The notes beneath the pieces were generated by a model, which saw only the letters and a program-made list of their open reading frames with translations, was not told where the DNA came from and made no database searches. A program made the translations under genes and the position numbers. This document shows positions 8,947 through 18,239 of a stretch of DNA of 64,000 bases, in pieces; the stretch's first letter is position 1, and the number at the start of each line of letters is the position of its first letter. The stretch is from the NCBI GenBank assembly GCA_963708135.1, contig OY970192.1:2144001-2208000 (forward strand). The letters run 5' to 3'. This DNA is from an uncultured Gemmatimonadales bacterium. Its GTDB lineage: Bacteria > Gemmatimonadota > Gemmatimonadetes > Longimicrobiales > RSA9.

Positions 8947-11900
8947 ATGGTTGGATTCTGGGTTCGCCCGGCCGCTCGCGGGCTGCAGGCCGCGACTTGC
9001 GTGCTGGTGCTTTGCGCCGGAAGCCTGGCCGGCCAGACGTTGACGACCGGGTCGATCCGGGGCGTGGTGCGGGGTGAGGCCGGCGCCGGGCTCGGCGGCG
9101 TATCCGTGATGGCGGTCGATGCGGCGACGGGCGTGTCGCACTCCGCGATGACGGCGCCAGGCGGGGTCTTCGTCTTCTCTCAGCTCACGCCCGGAGAGTA
9201 CGACGTCGTGGCGGAACGGCTGGGCTACCGGCCGAAGCGGGTACTGAACGTTCCGGTGCAGCCGCTGGCTTCGACGCCGGTGATCGTGGCGCTTGCGCCG
9301 GCTCCCCCGCCGGTGGGCGCGGCGGACGTCGAGCCATATGGTGGGGCGGCGCTCGCGACGGGCGGCACGCGGCAGTGGTTCGGGCGCGAGCAGGTGAACG
9401 GCTACCCGGACCTGCGCCGCGAGCTCGCGGACGTGGGTCGGCTCTCGAGCCTCTCCGACGGGGCGCTCTCGATGCAGGGGCTCCCGGGTTGGATGGCGGA
9501 CGTCGTGGTGGACGGGATCCCCGGCGCCGCGGTGCGGCAGCCGGGAGTCGCGGACGAGCGGATGCGTACGGCGGCGTTCCCGCTGAGCGGCATCGAGGCG
9601 GCGGAGCTGGTGACGAACCCGGCCGACGTGGAGTGGCCGGGCAGCGCGGCTGGGCTGCTGGCGGGATACACCCTGCGCGGGACGGACAAGCTTCGGGTGA
9701 GCGGGTTCGGCCGGTGGTCGGGCGGACCGCTCGGCAGCTCAGACCCGGGAGCACAGGCGGAGGGCACTCCGACCGACCTGCAGGGGGCCGTGGTGCTGGC
9801 CGGGCCGCTGGCGGGCGACAGCGCCCACATCCTCGTCGGCGTGGAAGGGCGACGGGTGGAACGCCCGCTGGGAGCGGCCTGGGCCGGGGCGGCAGCGAGC
9901 GCCCTGCAGGGGGCGGCGCGGGACGGCCTCGGCGTTACGCTGGACCCCTATCTCGAGCCGCGGAAGGTCAGCAGCGAGGTGATCTCCGCCTTCAGCCGGG
10001 TGGACTGGCAGGTCACCCCCGTCCACGCGGTGGAGCTTCGGGCATCGTTCGCAACGCTTCCGACCTCCGATCCCGGGTTCGACGTAACCCGCGCGGGCAT
10101 CGGACCGCTCACGACGCTGAAGGGGTCGGACGTGTCGGTGGGCGCGACGCTGCGGTCGGAGCTCTCGGCGGAGCTGACGTCGGAGCTGCGGATCGGGGTC
10201 GATCGCGGGACACGCGAGCGTGCGGCGGCTCCGATCGCCGGGATCGCGCAGGGCGCGGCGCTCCCCTTCGTCGCCCTGGCGTCGGACCGGCTGGCCTTCG
10301 GCACGGACCCGACGCTGCCGGGCAGCTTCACGGAGACGACGATCCACGCCAGCGAGACGCTCCAGAAGACCGCGGGTGCCCAGGAACTGAAGTTCGGGAT
10401 CGACCTCGCCGCGCCGAAGTACCAGGAGACGTACCGCTACGGCTCCGCGGGCGAGGTGTTCTTCGGCAGCGTAGCGGGCGTCGGCGCGAGGGATGGCGTC
10501 TTCATGGAACCCACGGGCGCGGCGCCGACGGCGAGCTTCTCCGTTCCGCGCGTCTCCCTGTTCCTGCAGGACCACTGGGCGGCGTTGCCGGGCCTGGATC
10601 TGGTGGGCGGCGTGCGCGTGGATCGAGACCGGCTGCCGTCGAGCGACATCACGCTCAACCCGGCCTGGGACAGCCTCACGGCGATCTCGAACGCGAGCCT
10701 CGCGTCCGGCCGGACTCACGTCTCGCCGCGCGCCAGCCTGACGTGGGACCTGGGCGAGCAGGGCCGGTGGATCCTCGAGGCCGCCGGGGGGCTCTACTAC
10801 GATCGGATCGATCCCGCCGTGCTGGCGCAGCTGCTGACGGACGACGGCCGCACGCAGATCCGGCGCGGCATCGGGGTCGTGGACAGCTGGCCGACGTTCA
10901 CCAGCGTTTCGGGCACGACGACGCTGGCGCCGAGCCTGAGCGTGGCGGGCCCGAAGCTCGATGCTCCGCGGACGGCGCGCGGGAGCGCGAGCCTGACCAT
11001 GGTGCTGGGCGGCGGGACGCGGCTGAGGATCGGCGGGATCGTGCGCCACACGGACTACCTGCCGCGCAGCATGGACCTGAACCTGGTGCCGGCCGCGATC
11101 GGGCAGGACCAGTTCGGGCGTGCGCTCTATGGCCAGCTCGTCCAGAAGGGCGGGGTCCTGGCGGCGCAGCCTGGGTCGAACCGGCGCTTCAGCAGCTTCG
11201 ACATCGTGTCGGGGATCTCATCCGATGGGAGCTCCGACTACCGCGCCGTGACCATCTCCCTCGAGCGGGAGGCCAGCACGCGGCTCTCGCTGCTGGCGGG
11301 CTACACCTACTCGCAGTCCACCGACAACTGGCTGGGCAGCGGAGTGTTCGGAGAGGCCACGGCGTTCCCGCCGCTGCTGGGCGGGACCGCGTCGGGGTGG
11401 GCGGACGGGACCTCCGACTTCGATGTGCCGCACCGCTTCGTGGCCGGCGCCCAGATCCGCGGACCGGCGGGGGTCCGGCTGGCGGCGCTCTACCGCTACG
11501 CGTCCGGCCGGCCGTTCACTCCCGGCTTCGGGCCGGGCATCGACGCCAATGGCGACGGCATTGCCGGCAACGATCCGGCGTTCGTGTCCCGCGACGTGAG
11601 CGGTGCGTCGGACCTGGTGGGCCAGTGGAGCTGCCTCGCCGGGCAGGCGAGCGCGTTCGCGGCGCGGAACAGCTGCCGGGGGCCCGCGATGCAGACGCTG
11701 GATGCGCGGCTGGCGGTGAAGGTCTTCTCGTTGGGTGCTTCCACCGCCGAGCTGCGCGTGGAGGGGCTCGACCTGATCCACGAGGGAACAGACGTTCCCG
11801 ACCCGGCGCTCTACCTGGTGAATCCGGCGGGGACGCTCACGAGTGACGCCAGCGGCCGCGCAACGGTTCCGCTGATGGCGAATCAGCACTTCGGCAACCC

Positions 11901-11958
11901 GCTCGGCTTCAGCGCGCCGGGCGCGACGATCCTCCTTGGCATTGCCCTGAACTGGTGA
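8947..11958 (+). CDS. Oar-like TonB-dependent outer-membrane receptor with N-terminal carboxypeptidase-regulatory-like domain
   Basis: Signal peptide, TGSIRGVV...LTPGEYDVVAERLGY, barrel motifs SDFDVPHRF, SGRPFTP, DANGDG, terminal aromatic W; start codon inferred. Confidence 0.8.
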   Translation: MVGFWVRPAARGLQAATCVLVLCAGSLAGQTLTTGSIRGVVRGEAGAGLGGVSVMAVDAATGVSHSAMTAPGGVFVFSQLTPGEYDVVAERLGYRPKRVLNVPVQPLASTPVIVALAPAPPPVGAADVEPYGGAALATGGTRQWFGREQVNGYPDLRRELADVGRLSSLSDGALSMQGLPGWMADVVVDGIPGAAVRQPGVADERMRTAAFPLSGIEAAELVTNPADVEWPGSAAGLLAGYTLRGTDKLRVSGFGRWSGGPLGSSDPGAQAEGTPTDLQGAVVLAGPLAGDSAHILVGVEGRRVERPLGAAWAGAAASALQGAARDGLGVTLDPYLEPRKVSSEVISAFSRVDWQVTPVHAVELRASFATLPTSDPGFDVTRAGIGPLTTLKGSDVSVGATLRSELSAELTSELRIGVDRGTRERAAAPIAGIAQGAALPFVALASDRLAFGTDPTLPGSFTETTIHASETLQKTAGAQELKFGIDLAAPKYQETYRYGSAGEVFFGSVAGVGARDGVFMEPTGAAPTASFSVPRVSLFLQDHWAALPGLDLVGGVRVDRDRLPSSDITLNPAWDSLTAISNASLASGRTHVSPRASLTWDLGEQGRWILEAAGGLYYDRIDPAVLAQLLTDDGRTQIRRGIGVVDSWPTFTSVSGTTTLAPSLSVAGPKLDAPRTARGSASLTMVLGGGTRLRIGGIVRHTDYLPRSMDLNLVPAAIGQDQFGRALYGQLVQKGGVLAAQPGSNRRFSSFDIVSGISSDGSSDYRAVTISLEREASTRLSLLAGYTYSQSTDNWLGSGVFGEATAFPPLLGGTASGWADGTSDFDVPHRFVAGAQIRGPAGVRLAALYRYASGRPFTPGFGPGIDANGDGIAGNDPAFVSRDVSGASDLVGQWSCLAGQASAFAARNSCRGPAMQTLDARLAVKVFSLGASTAELRVEGLDLIHEGTDVPDPALYLVNPAGTLTSDASGRATVPLMANQHFGNPLGFSAPGATILLGIALNW

Positions 11959-13535
11959 AGAAGATGCGCAGGCTCCTCGCAGTCAGTTTCTGCGCCGTGG
12001 CGGTCGTCACTGCGGCCGTCTCGCTGTCCGGATGCGACTCCAACGGGGCCGACCGGGTGCTCTCGGTCGATGCGACCGGGACCGTGGCCGCCGGCGCGTT
12101 CATCGACCGGAACGGCGATGGCGTCTTCCAGACCACGGACGCTCTGGCGCCGGGCGTGAAGATCTCCCTCGTCTGGCCCGGTGGCACCACTCCGGTGGCA
12201 AGCGGCGTGACCACGCCCGGCGGCACGCTGCTGCTGCGGGATGTGCCGGTGGGACGCTACGATGTAGTCGTGGACGACGCCTCGTTCGGCGACTCGCTCC
12301 GGGTGACGCGCATCGACACATCCGTCGTCACCGTCGCGGCCGGGGACACGGCCCGGGCCATCGTCGCGCTCGGATACCCGCCCGCGAGCATCGCGGCCGT
12401 ACGGCAGATGCCCGTCGGGCGGAAGGTGGAGGTGGAGGGGATCGCGCTCAATGGCTGGGCCGCCTTCGGCGACTCGAGCGTCTTCGTACAGGACTCCACG
12501 GGGGCGCTGCGCGCAGTCCGCGTCCGGCCGACGCAGCTGTTCCTGGGAGACAGCGTCCGCCTGGTCGGGACGGTGAGCGTGCTGAACGGGCAAACGGTGC
12601 TGGCGGGCGTGGACGCCCGGGTGCTCGCGACCGGGATCACCCCGCCCGAGCCGATCCCGCTCAGCACGGCCAACGCCGCCACGGCCAACGGTGGGACGCT
12701 CGATGCGGCGCTCGTCCGGATCACCGGCGCGAGCATCCTCTCGCTGCGGCTCGACACCGATGGCAACCTCGTCGCCACGGTGGATGATGGTTCCGGCGCG
12801 GTGGACCTGGTCATCGGCGCACACACGGCGATCCAACTCCAGCCGACGTTCACGCCCGGCGCCCTGCTGGATGCCACTGGTCTGCTAGCCCCCGTGGCCG
12901 GCCAATCCACCTGGGCGCTTCATCCGCGCACGGGCACCGATCTCAATGCGACTTTCCGGTCCGTGACCATCGCCGAGGCGCGCACGCTCCCGGTCGGACG
13001 AGCCGTGCAGGTTGAGGGGATCGCGCTCAACGGTTGGGCCACGTTCGCGGACTCCACGGTGCACATCGTGGATTCGACCGGCGCCCTGCGGATGCTTCAC
13101 GTGAAGCCCGTGACCCTGTTCGCGGGCGACAGCGTGCGCATGATCGGCACGATCGCCATGCGGGACGGCCAGGTGGTGCTGACCGGGGTCACACCGCTCG
13201 TTCTCGCCACGGGACGGACCGTGCCGACGCCACGGACGATCACTACGGCCGTGGCGGCGAACGCGTCGGCCGGTGTCCTCGACGCGGCGTTGGTGCACAT
13301 TACCGGGGCCGTCGTGCAGGACACGATGTACGATGCGGTGAGCGGCGACCTGGGGCTGTGGGTGGATGACGGAAGCGGGCAGGTGCTCGTGGTAATCGAC
13401 CGGGATCTGGGGCTGGCACTCGGGCCGTATGCTCCCGGCAAGACGCTGGACATCACTGGTCTGCTCATCCCGACGGCGGGCGGAGCGACCTGGTTCCTGA
13501 AGCCGCGCTCCGGGGCCGACCTGGTGGTGCATTAG
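11955..13535 (+). CDS. Lipoprotein with an Ig-like (SdrD-B-like) domain and a duplicated OB-fold-like module
   Basis: Lipobox LSGC; FIDRNGDG; two ~190-aa repeats (V-VEGIALNGWA-F-DS...DSTGALR...LDAALV-ITGA...VDDGSG). Confidence 0.7.
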   Translation: MKKMRRLLAVSFCAVAVVTAAVSLSGCDSNGADRVLSVDATGTVAAGAFIDRNGDGVFQTTDALAPGVKISLVWPGGTTPVASGVTTPGGTLLLRDVPVGRYDVVVDDASFGDSLRVTRIDTSVVTVAAGDTARAIVALGYPPASIAAVRQMPVGRKVEVEGIALNGWAAFGDSSVFVQDSTGALRAVRVRPTQLFLGDSVRLVGTVSVLNGQTVLAGVDARVLATGITPPEPIPLSTANAATANGGTLDAALVRITGASILSLRLDTDGNLVATVDDGSGAVDLVIGAHTAIQLQPTFTPGALLDATGLLAPVAGQSTWALHPRTGTDLNATFRSVTIAEARTLPVGRAVQVEGIALNGWATFADSTVHIVDSTGALRMLHVKPVTLFAGDSVRMIGTIAMRDGQVVLTGVTPLVLATGRTVPTPRTITTAVAANASAGVLDAALVHITGAVVQDTMYDAVSGDLGLWVDDGSGQVLVVIDRDLGLALGPYAPGKTLDITGLLIPTAGGATWFLKPRSGADLVVH

Positions 13536-13583
13536 CGGGGCACGCCCGGCGGGCGCCCCGAGCCGGGCGCACCACGAGAGTCG

Positions 13584-13617
13584 AGGGGCCCGTCCGGAGA
13601 GATCCGGGCGGGCCCCT
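13584..13617. terminator. GC-rich hairpin between convergent genes
   Basis: AGGGGCCCGTCCGGA-GAGA-TCCGGGCGGGCCCCT inverted repeat. Confidence 0.5.
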
Positions 13618-13640
13618 TCCCCTTCGCGGAGCGAGCGCGC

Positions 13641-15164
13641 TCAGGCCTTGGCCAGCGCGGTGCGACGCTGGAGGCCGTGGCGCTCCATGAAGCGGTAGAG
13701 GGTGGTGCGGTCGACGCCCGCGACGCGGGCGGCCTTGGAGATGTTGCCCTCCGCATGGGCGATCAGGGAGATCAGGTACTTGCGCTCGAAGTCCGCCAGG
13801 AGCTGCTCGCGGAGATCGTGGTAGGAGCGTCCCGAGTCGAGGGCCGCCGTGAAGCTCATCGACATCCCCGTTGCCGCCTCCGGCGCATCGGCTCCCTCGA
13901 TGAGCGGAAGCTCCGTCGGCTGGATCTCGCTTCCCGGCTCCAGCAGGACGACGGCGTGCTCGATGACGTTCTGCAGCTCGCGGACGTTGCCGGGCCAGGC
14001 GTGGCGCTGCAGCGTACGCAGCGCGGCGGCGCCGAACGCCGGCACCTCCTCGCCGCGCCGGTGGCGCGCCCAGAAGGTGCCCAGGAAATGCTCGGCCAGG
14101 ATCGGGATGTCCTCCAGGCGCTCGCGCAGCGGCGGGATGTGGAGCGGGACGACACGGAGCCGGTAGAAGAGGTCGCGCCGGAGCGAGTCATCCTCCATGG
14201 CCTCCTGCGGGTCCCGGTTCGTCGCGGCGATGAAGCGGATGTCCACCTGCGCGTTCACGACCGTGCTTCCCACGCGCCGCACGATGCCGTCCTGGATCAC
14301 CCGCAGCAGCTTGGCCTGCATCGGGAGCGGCATCTCGGTGAGCTCATCCAGGAAGAGCGTGCCGGAATCCGCAGCCTCGAGCAGCCCCTCCTTCTCCACG
14401 ACCGCGCCGGTGAAGGCGCCCTTCACGTGCCCAAACATCTCCGACTCGAGAAGCGCCTCGGGCAGCGCCGCACAGTTGAGCGCCACCAGCGTCCGACGGC
14501 TGCGGCGGCTGTTCTGGTGGATGAACTGCGCGATCACCTCCTTGCCACTGCCGCTCTCCCCGGTGATGAAGACCGAGGCGTCGGTTCTCGCCACGCGACG
14601 CGCCAGGTGCACCGCCTCGCGGAACGCGGGCGAGACACCGAGCAGACGGAGCGGCCCGGACCGGTCCGAGCCGCCGGTCTCGACCACCTGCGAGCGCCTG
14701 AGCTGCCCGACCGCGTGCGCCGCGCGGCCGACCAGCACGCGCAGGTGCTCGGCGGAGAAGGGCTTGGGGATGTAGTCCCAGGCACCAGCGCGAAGCGCCT
14801 CGAGGCTCGCCTCGACACTCGGATTGCTCGCGACCATCACGATGATCGTCTCGGGATGAGACAGAAGGCAGGCGCGCAACAACTCCATTCCCGGCACCTG
14901 CGGCATGTCCGCATCCAGCAGCACCAGGTCGTATCGCTGGCGGCGCACGATCTCCAGCGCCTCCTCGCCGCGCGAGCAGACCGTCACCGCGTGATCGTCC
15001 AGTTGCAGGATGCTCGCGCATCCCTGCGCGAGCGCCGGCTCATCCACCACGAGTGCGCGCAGCAGAGTGCGGCCGTCCGCCGGCACCGCCGCGTCCGCCA
15101 CCGCATAATCCCCCAACCGCCCCCGCATCCGCTTCCCGGAGACCACCGAGCCACCTACGGACAT
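13641..15164 (-). CDS. NtrC-family sigma54-dependent response regulator (REC-AAA+-Fis HTH)
   Basis: DLVLLD receiver, GESGSGKE, ESEMFGHVKGAFTGA, WPGNVRELQN, HTH AARVAGVDRTTLY; GAGGGAGG RBS before ATG 15164. Confidence 0.95.
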   Translation of the reverse strand: MSVGGSVVSGKRMRGRLGDYAVADAAVPADGRTLLRALVVDEPALAQGCASILQLDDHAVTVCSRGEEALEIVRRQRYDLVLLDADMPQVPGMELLRACLLSHPETIIVMVASNPSVEASLEALRAGAWDYIPKPFSAEHLRVLVGRAAHAVGQLRRSQVVETGGSDRSGPLRLLGVSPAFREAVHLARRVARTDASVFITGESGSGKEVIAQFIHQNSRRSRRTLVALNCAALPEALLESEMFGHVKGAFTGAVVEKEGLLEAADSGTLFLDELTEMPLPMQAKLLRVIQDGIVRRVGSTVVNAQVDIRFIAATNRDPQEAMEDDSLRRDLFYRLRVVPLHIPPLRERLEDIPILAEHFLGTFWARHRRGEEVPAFGAAALRTLQRHAWPGNVRELQNVIEHAVVLLEPGSEIQPTELPLIEGADAPEAATGMSMSFTAALDSGRSYHDLREQLLADFERKYLISLIAHAEGNISKAARVAGVDRTTLYRFMERHGLQRRTALAKA

Positions 15165-15347
15165 CCACCCCTCCCTCGATAAGCTGTTCCCACCGCGCGG
15201 GCGAATGGATCCACCGCCCGCACCGCCGCTGGCGACGCGCATGCATACGAAAAGCATCAACTCCGGCAAAGCCAGCGCCGTTGCTGATGCTTCCAGTGAT
15301 GCCCGGATTTTTTACCTCGCGGGACGCGTCGTACTAGATAAGACACG

Positions 15348-15365
15348 TGTTGCTGAATGTCAACA
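15348..15365. promoter_or_regulatory. TGTTG-N8-CAACA palindrome upstream of the NtrC-type gene (possible autoregulation site)
   Basis: TGTTGCTGAATGTCAACA within a locally AT-richer intergenic stretch. Confidence 0.5.
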
Positions 15366-15596
15366 ACAATGTGTTGCGCTCATCCAGAAGAGCGGCCGCC
15401 GCGGCGGATGACGCATAACCGAGGCCCGTTTGGGGCAACGAGTTATCCGAATTCCGTCGAGTCGGGGCCAGGTGCTGTGCGAGGTCCGCAAGTGGCGCGG
15501 TGGGACCGCGGTGGCGGGCCGACGCAGGTGGGATCGGCGTGCAACGGGTGATGCGGCGGGGCGTCGCGCGGGAGGCGAGGGGGTGCGGAGGTGAGG

Positions 15597-16841
15597 TCAG
15601 TAGCGTGGCTCGAGGCCGAGGACGAGGCGGCTGGTATCGCGGGCGATGAGGAGCTCCTCATCGGTGGGGATGACCCAGGCGGCGAGGCGGGAACCGTCAC
15701 GGCTGATGCGGGCCTCGGTGCCGCGGACGGCGGTGCGATTGGCGTCTTCATCGAGCTCGAGGCCGAGACAGCCGAGCCCGTCCAGGATGCTGGCGCGGAT
15801 GGAGGGGGCGTTCTCCCCGATACCGCCGGTGAAGACGAGGGCGTCGGCGCCGCCGAGAGCGGCGAGGTAGGCGCCGACGTACTTGCGGGCGCGGTAGCAG
15901 AACACCTCGATGGCGAGGCGGGCGCGGCGGTCGTCGTGCTCCTCGGCTTCGGCGAGCAGCTCTCGCATGTCGTTGGTGAGGCCGGAGATGCCGAGGAGTC
16001 CGGACTGCTTGTTGAGGAGGAGGTCCATGTCGCGGAGGCTCTGGCCCTCCTTGGCGGCAATGAAGTCGAGGATGGCAGGGTCGAGGTCACCCGATCGGGT
16101 CCCCATGACGAGTCCCTCGAGGGGGGTGAAGCCCATGGAGGTATCGATGGAGTCGCCGTCGCGGATGGCGCAGGCGGAGCAGCCGTTGCCGAGATGGAGG
16201 GTGATGAGGCGAGAGCCGGCGCGCCCCTGCCCGGTGATCTGGCGCCAGCGCCATGCGACGTAGCGGTGGGACGTGCCGTGGAATCCGTAGCGCCGGATCC
16301 GGTATCGTCGATAGTAGGAGTAGGGAATGGCGTAGAGGTAGGCGCGGTCCGGGAGGGTGTGGTGGAAGGCGGTGTCGAAGACCGCGGCCTGCGGCACCTC
16401 ACGGCCGAGGAGCTCCCGGATGGCGAGGATCCCCTTGAGGTTGTGGGGGTTGTGGAGCGGCGCGAGGTCAATGGTGTCCTGGATCTCCCGCAGCACCTCG
16501 GGGTGGACGAGCATGGAGCGGGTGAAGCGCTCACCGCCGTGGACCACGCGATGCCCCACGGCATCGATGTCATGGAGGCTCGAGAGGGCGGGCCCCGACT
16601 CGCTGGAGATGAGCCAGTGCAGGACGGCGTCGATGGCGGCGCGCAGGTCGCGGATGTTGGCGACGGAGCGCTCGACGGGCTCCTCGCCGGCCTCGAGGGC
16701 GAGCAGCGCCTCGCCGCCGATGCGCTCGACCGCGCCGCGGGCCAGGCGCTGATCCGTGCCGGCGGCCATACGCTCCGCGTCGGTTCGGATGACCTGGAAC
16801 TTGAGGGTGGAGGAGCCGGCATTCAGCACGAGGACGTTCAT
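15597..16841 (-). CDS. ackA: Acetate kinase
   Basis: [50 protein letters not shown]. Confidence 0.96.
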   Translation of the reverse strand: MNVLVLNAGSSTLKFQVIRTDAERMAAGTDQRLARGAVERIGGEALLALEAGEEPVERSVANIRDLRAAIDAVLHWLISSESGPALSSLHDIDAVGHRVVHGGERFTRSMLVHPEVLREIQDTIDLAPLHNPHNLKGILAIRELLGREVPQAAVFDTAFHHTLPDRAYLYAIPYSYYRRYRIRRYGFHGTSHRYVAWRWRQITGQGRAGSRLITLHLGNGCSACAIRDGDSIDTSMGFTPLEGLVMGTRSGDLDPAILDFIAAKEGQSLRDMDLLLNKQSGLLGISGLTNDMRELLAEAEEHDDRRARLAIEVFCYRARKYVGAYLAALGGADALVFTGGIGENAPSIRASILDGLGCLGLELDEDANRTAVRGTEARISRDGSRLAAWVIPTDEELLIARDTSRLVLGLEPRY

Positions 16842-17060
16842 ACCGGGAATATCGGGGTGCTACCCGGGGGCGCAAGCGGCACACCAGTGTCGCCTTTACC
16901 TCACCTGCGCGGCGCGGGCTCGGAGCTCCAACTGCTTTGACACAGAGGGCTCCGAGGAAACCGGAGGAAACGGAGAACGGATCTTCGAGTCCTCCGTGTC
17001 AGGGCAGTTGGGACTCGCGGCCGCCGGGAAGCTGGCTCGAGCCGCCGGGCCAGCGCGCGG

Positions 17061-18236
17061 CTAGCGCGTGGCCCGCGAGGCCGTGCCGTAGCCGGTCAGC
17101 TCGATGTAGCCACGACCGGCGGGGCGAGCGTCGCGGGAATCGACGAGCGTGACGGCACCCTCCCAGTAGCGGAAGGCGAGGTCGAGCTCCTGGTCGCGGA
17201 GGAGCGGCTCGAGGCGCACGTCGACACCGGCGGAGGGGACGCGCACGCGCCAGCCGGAGGGGTAGCGCACGCCCGTCGCTGGGCTCGTCCATTTTCCCAG
17301 GACGGCGACGTCGAAGTCCGCGGCCGTGAGCGCCCGAGGGCGACCGTCGGGGGCGACCACCGTGCCGGCGCTGAAGGGTGAGATGGCGCCGCCGCGGTGG
17401 CGGATGCGGTAGAGCACGAGGTCGCGGCCGTCCGCGAGCTGGAGCGCGAACCAGTCCCACCCGACCTCGTCGGGGGCAAGGGCGCTGGTGCTCCACTCAC
17501 GGTCCATCCAGCTCGCGCCGCGGACGTGGATGCTGTCGCGGCCGATGCGGAGCACGCCGGCGGTGGGCAGGCGGGTCAGCGAGTAGTAATAGGACGCGTC
17601 CCCCGGCGCGGCGCCCTTGCGGCTGAGCCCGCGGTCGCCCTCGGGGACGGGCGGCTTTCCGCGGGCGAGCACGAGGTCGAGGGCGACGTCGCCCTGGGCC
17701 GCGGTGAGGCGCACGGGGAAGGTGGCGGCGCCGATCGAGCGCGCGGACCAGTTGTCGATCCAGACGCGGAACGGAGCCGCTCCGGCGCCGGCCAGACCGA
17801 GCGCGCCGCGCTCGAAGCGGGAGAAGGCGTGGAAGCGGCGGCCGGCGGCATCGGTGAGGGCGAGGTTGCCCATCCAGGCCTGGCGCGCGGCCCACTCGGA
17901 GGCGCGGTGCAGCGAGTCGGGCGTGAGGGCGGCGCGGAAGATGGTCAGCTGGTAGCCGAAGCTGCGCCCATCCGCCGCGTCCAGGTTCCCGGTGAAGTAC
18001 CACCACTCGCTGCGGAAGGCCGGGTGCGGGCCGTGGTCGGCCGGGAACACGAACGGCCGCGGCGCGAGGGCGCGGGCGTAGCCGGCGGTGTCGCCGCCGG
18101 CCAGGACGTCCGAGGTGGAGAGGGAGGCCTCGACGGCAGTCGGCGCCCTGCGGGAAAGGGCCCAGGCACCCGCGGCGAGCGCCGCGGCGCCCAGGATGGC
18201 AGCCGCGAGCAGGGCGCCGGTTCGCCGCGACGTCAC
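17061..18236 (-). CDS. AttH/CrtC-like secreted lipocalin-fold protein
   Basis: FPADHGPH...EWWYFTGNL, WMDREWS, GWDWF, YWEG, GYIELTGY. Confidence 0.85.
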   Translation of the reverse strand: MTSRRTGALLAAAILGAAALAAGAWALSRRAPTAVEASLSTSDVLAGGDTAGYARALAPRPFVFPADHGPHPAFRSEWWYFTGNLDAADGRSFGYQLTIFRAALTPDSLHRASEWAARQAWMGNLALTDAAGRRFHAFSRFERGALGLAGAGAAPFRVWIDNWSARSIGAATFPVRLTAAQGDVALDLVLARGKPPVPEGDRGLSRKGAAPGDASYYYSLTRLPTAGVLRIGRDSIHVRGASWMDREWSTSALAPDEVGWDWFALQLADGRDLVLYRIRHRGGAISPFSAGTVVAPDGRPRALTAADFDVAVLGKWTSPATGVRYPSGWRVRVPSAGVDVRLEPLLRDQELDLAFRYWEGAVTLVDSRDARPAGRGYIELTGYGTASRATR

Positions 18237-18239
18237 CGG

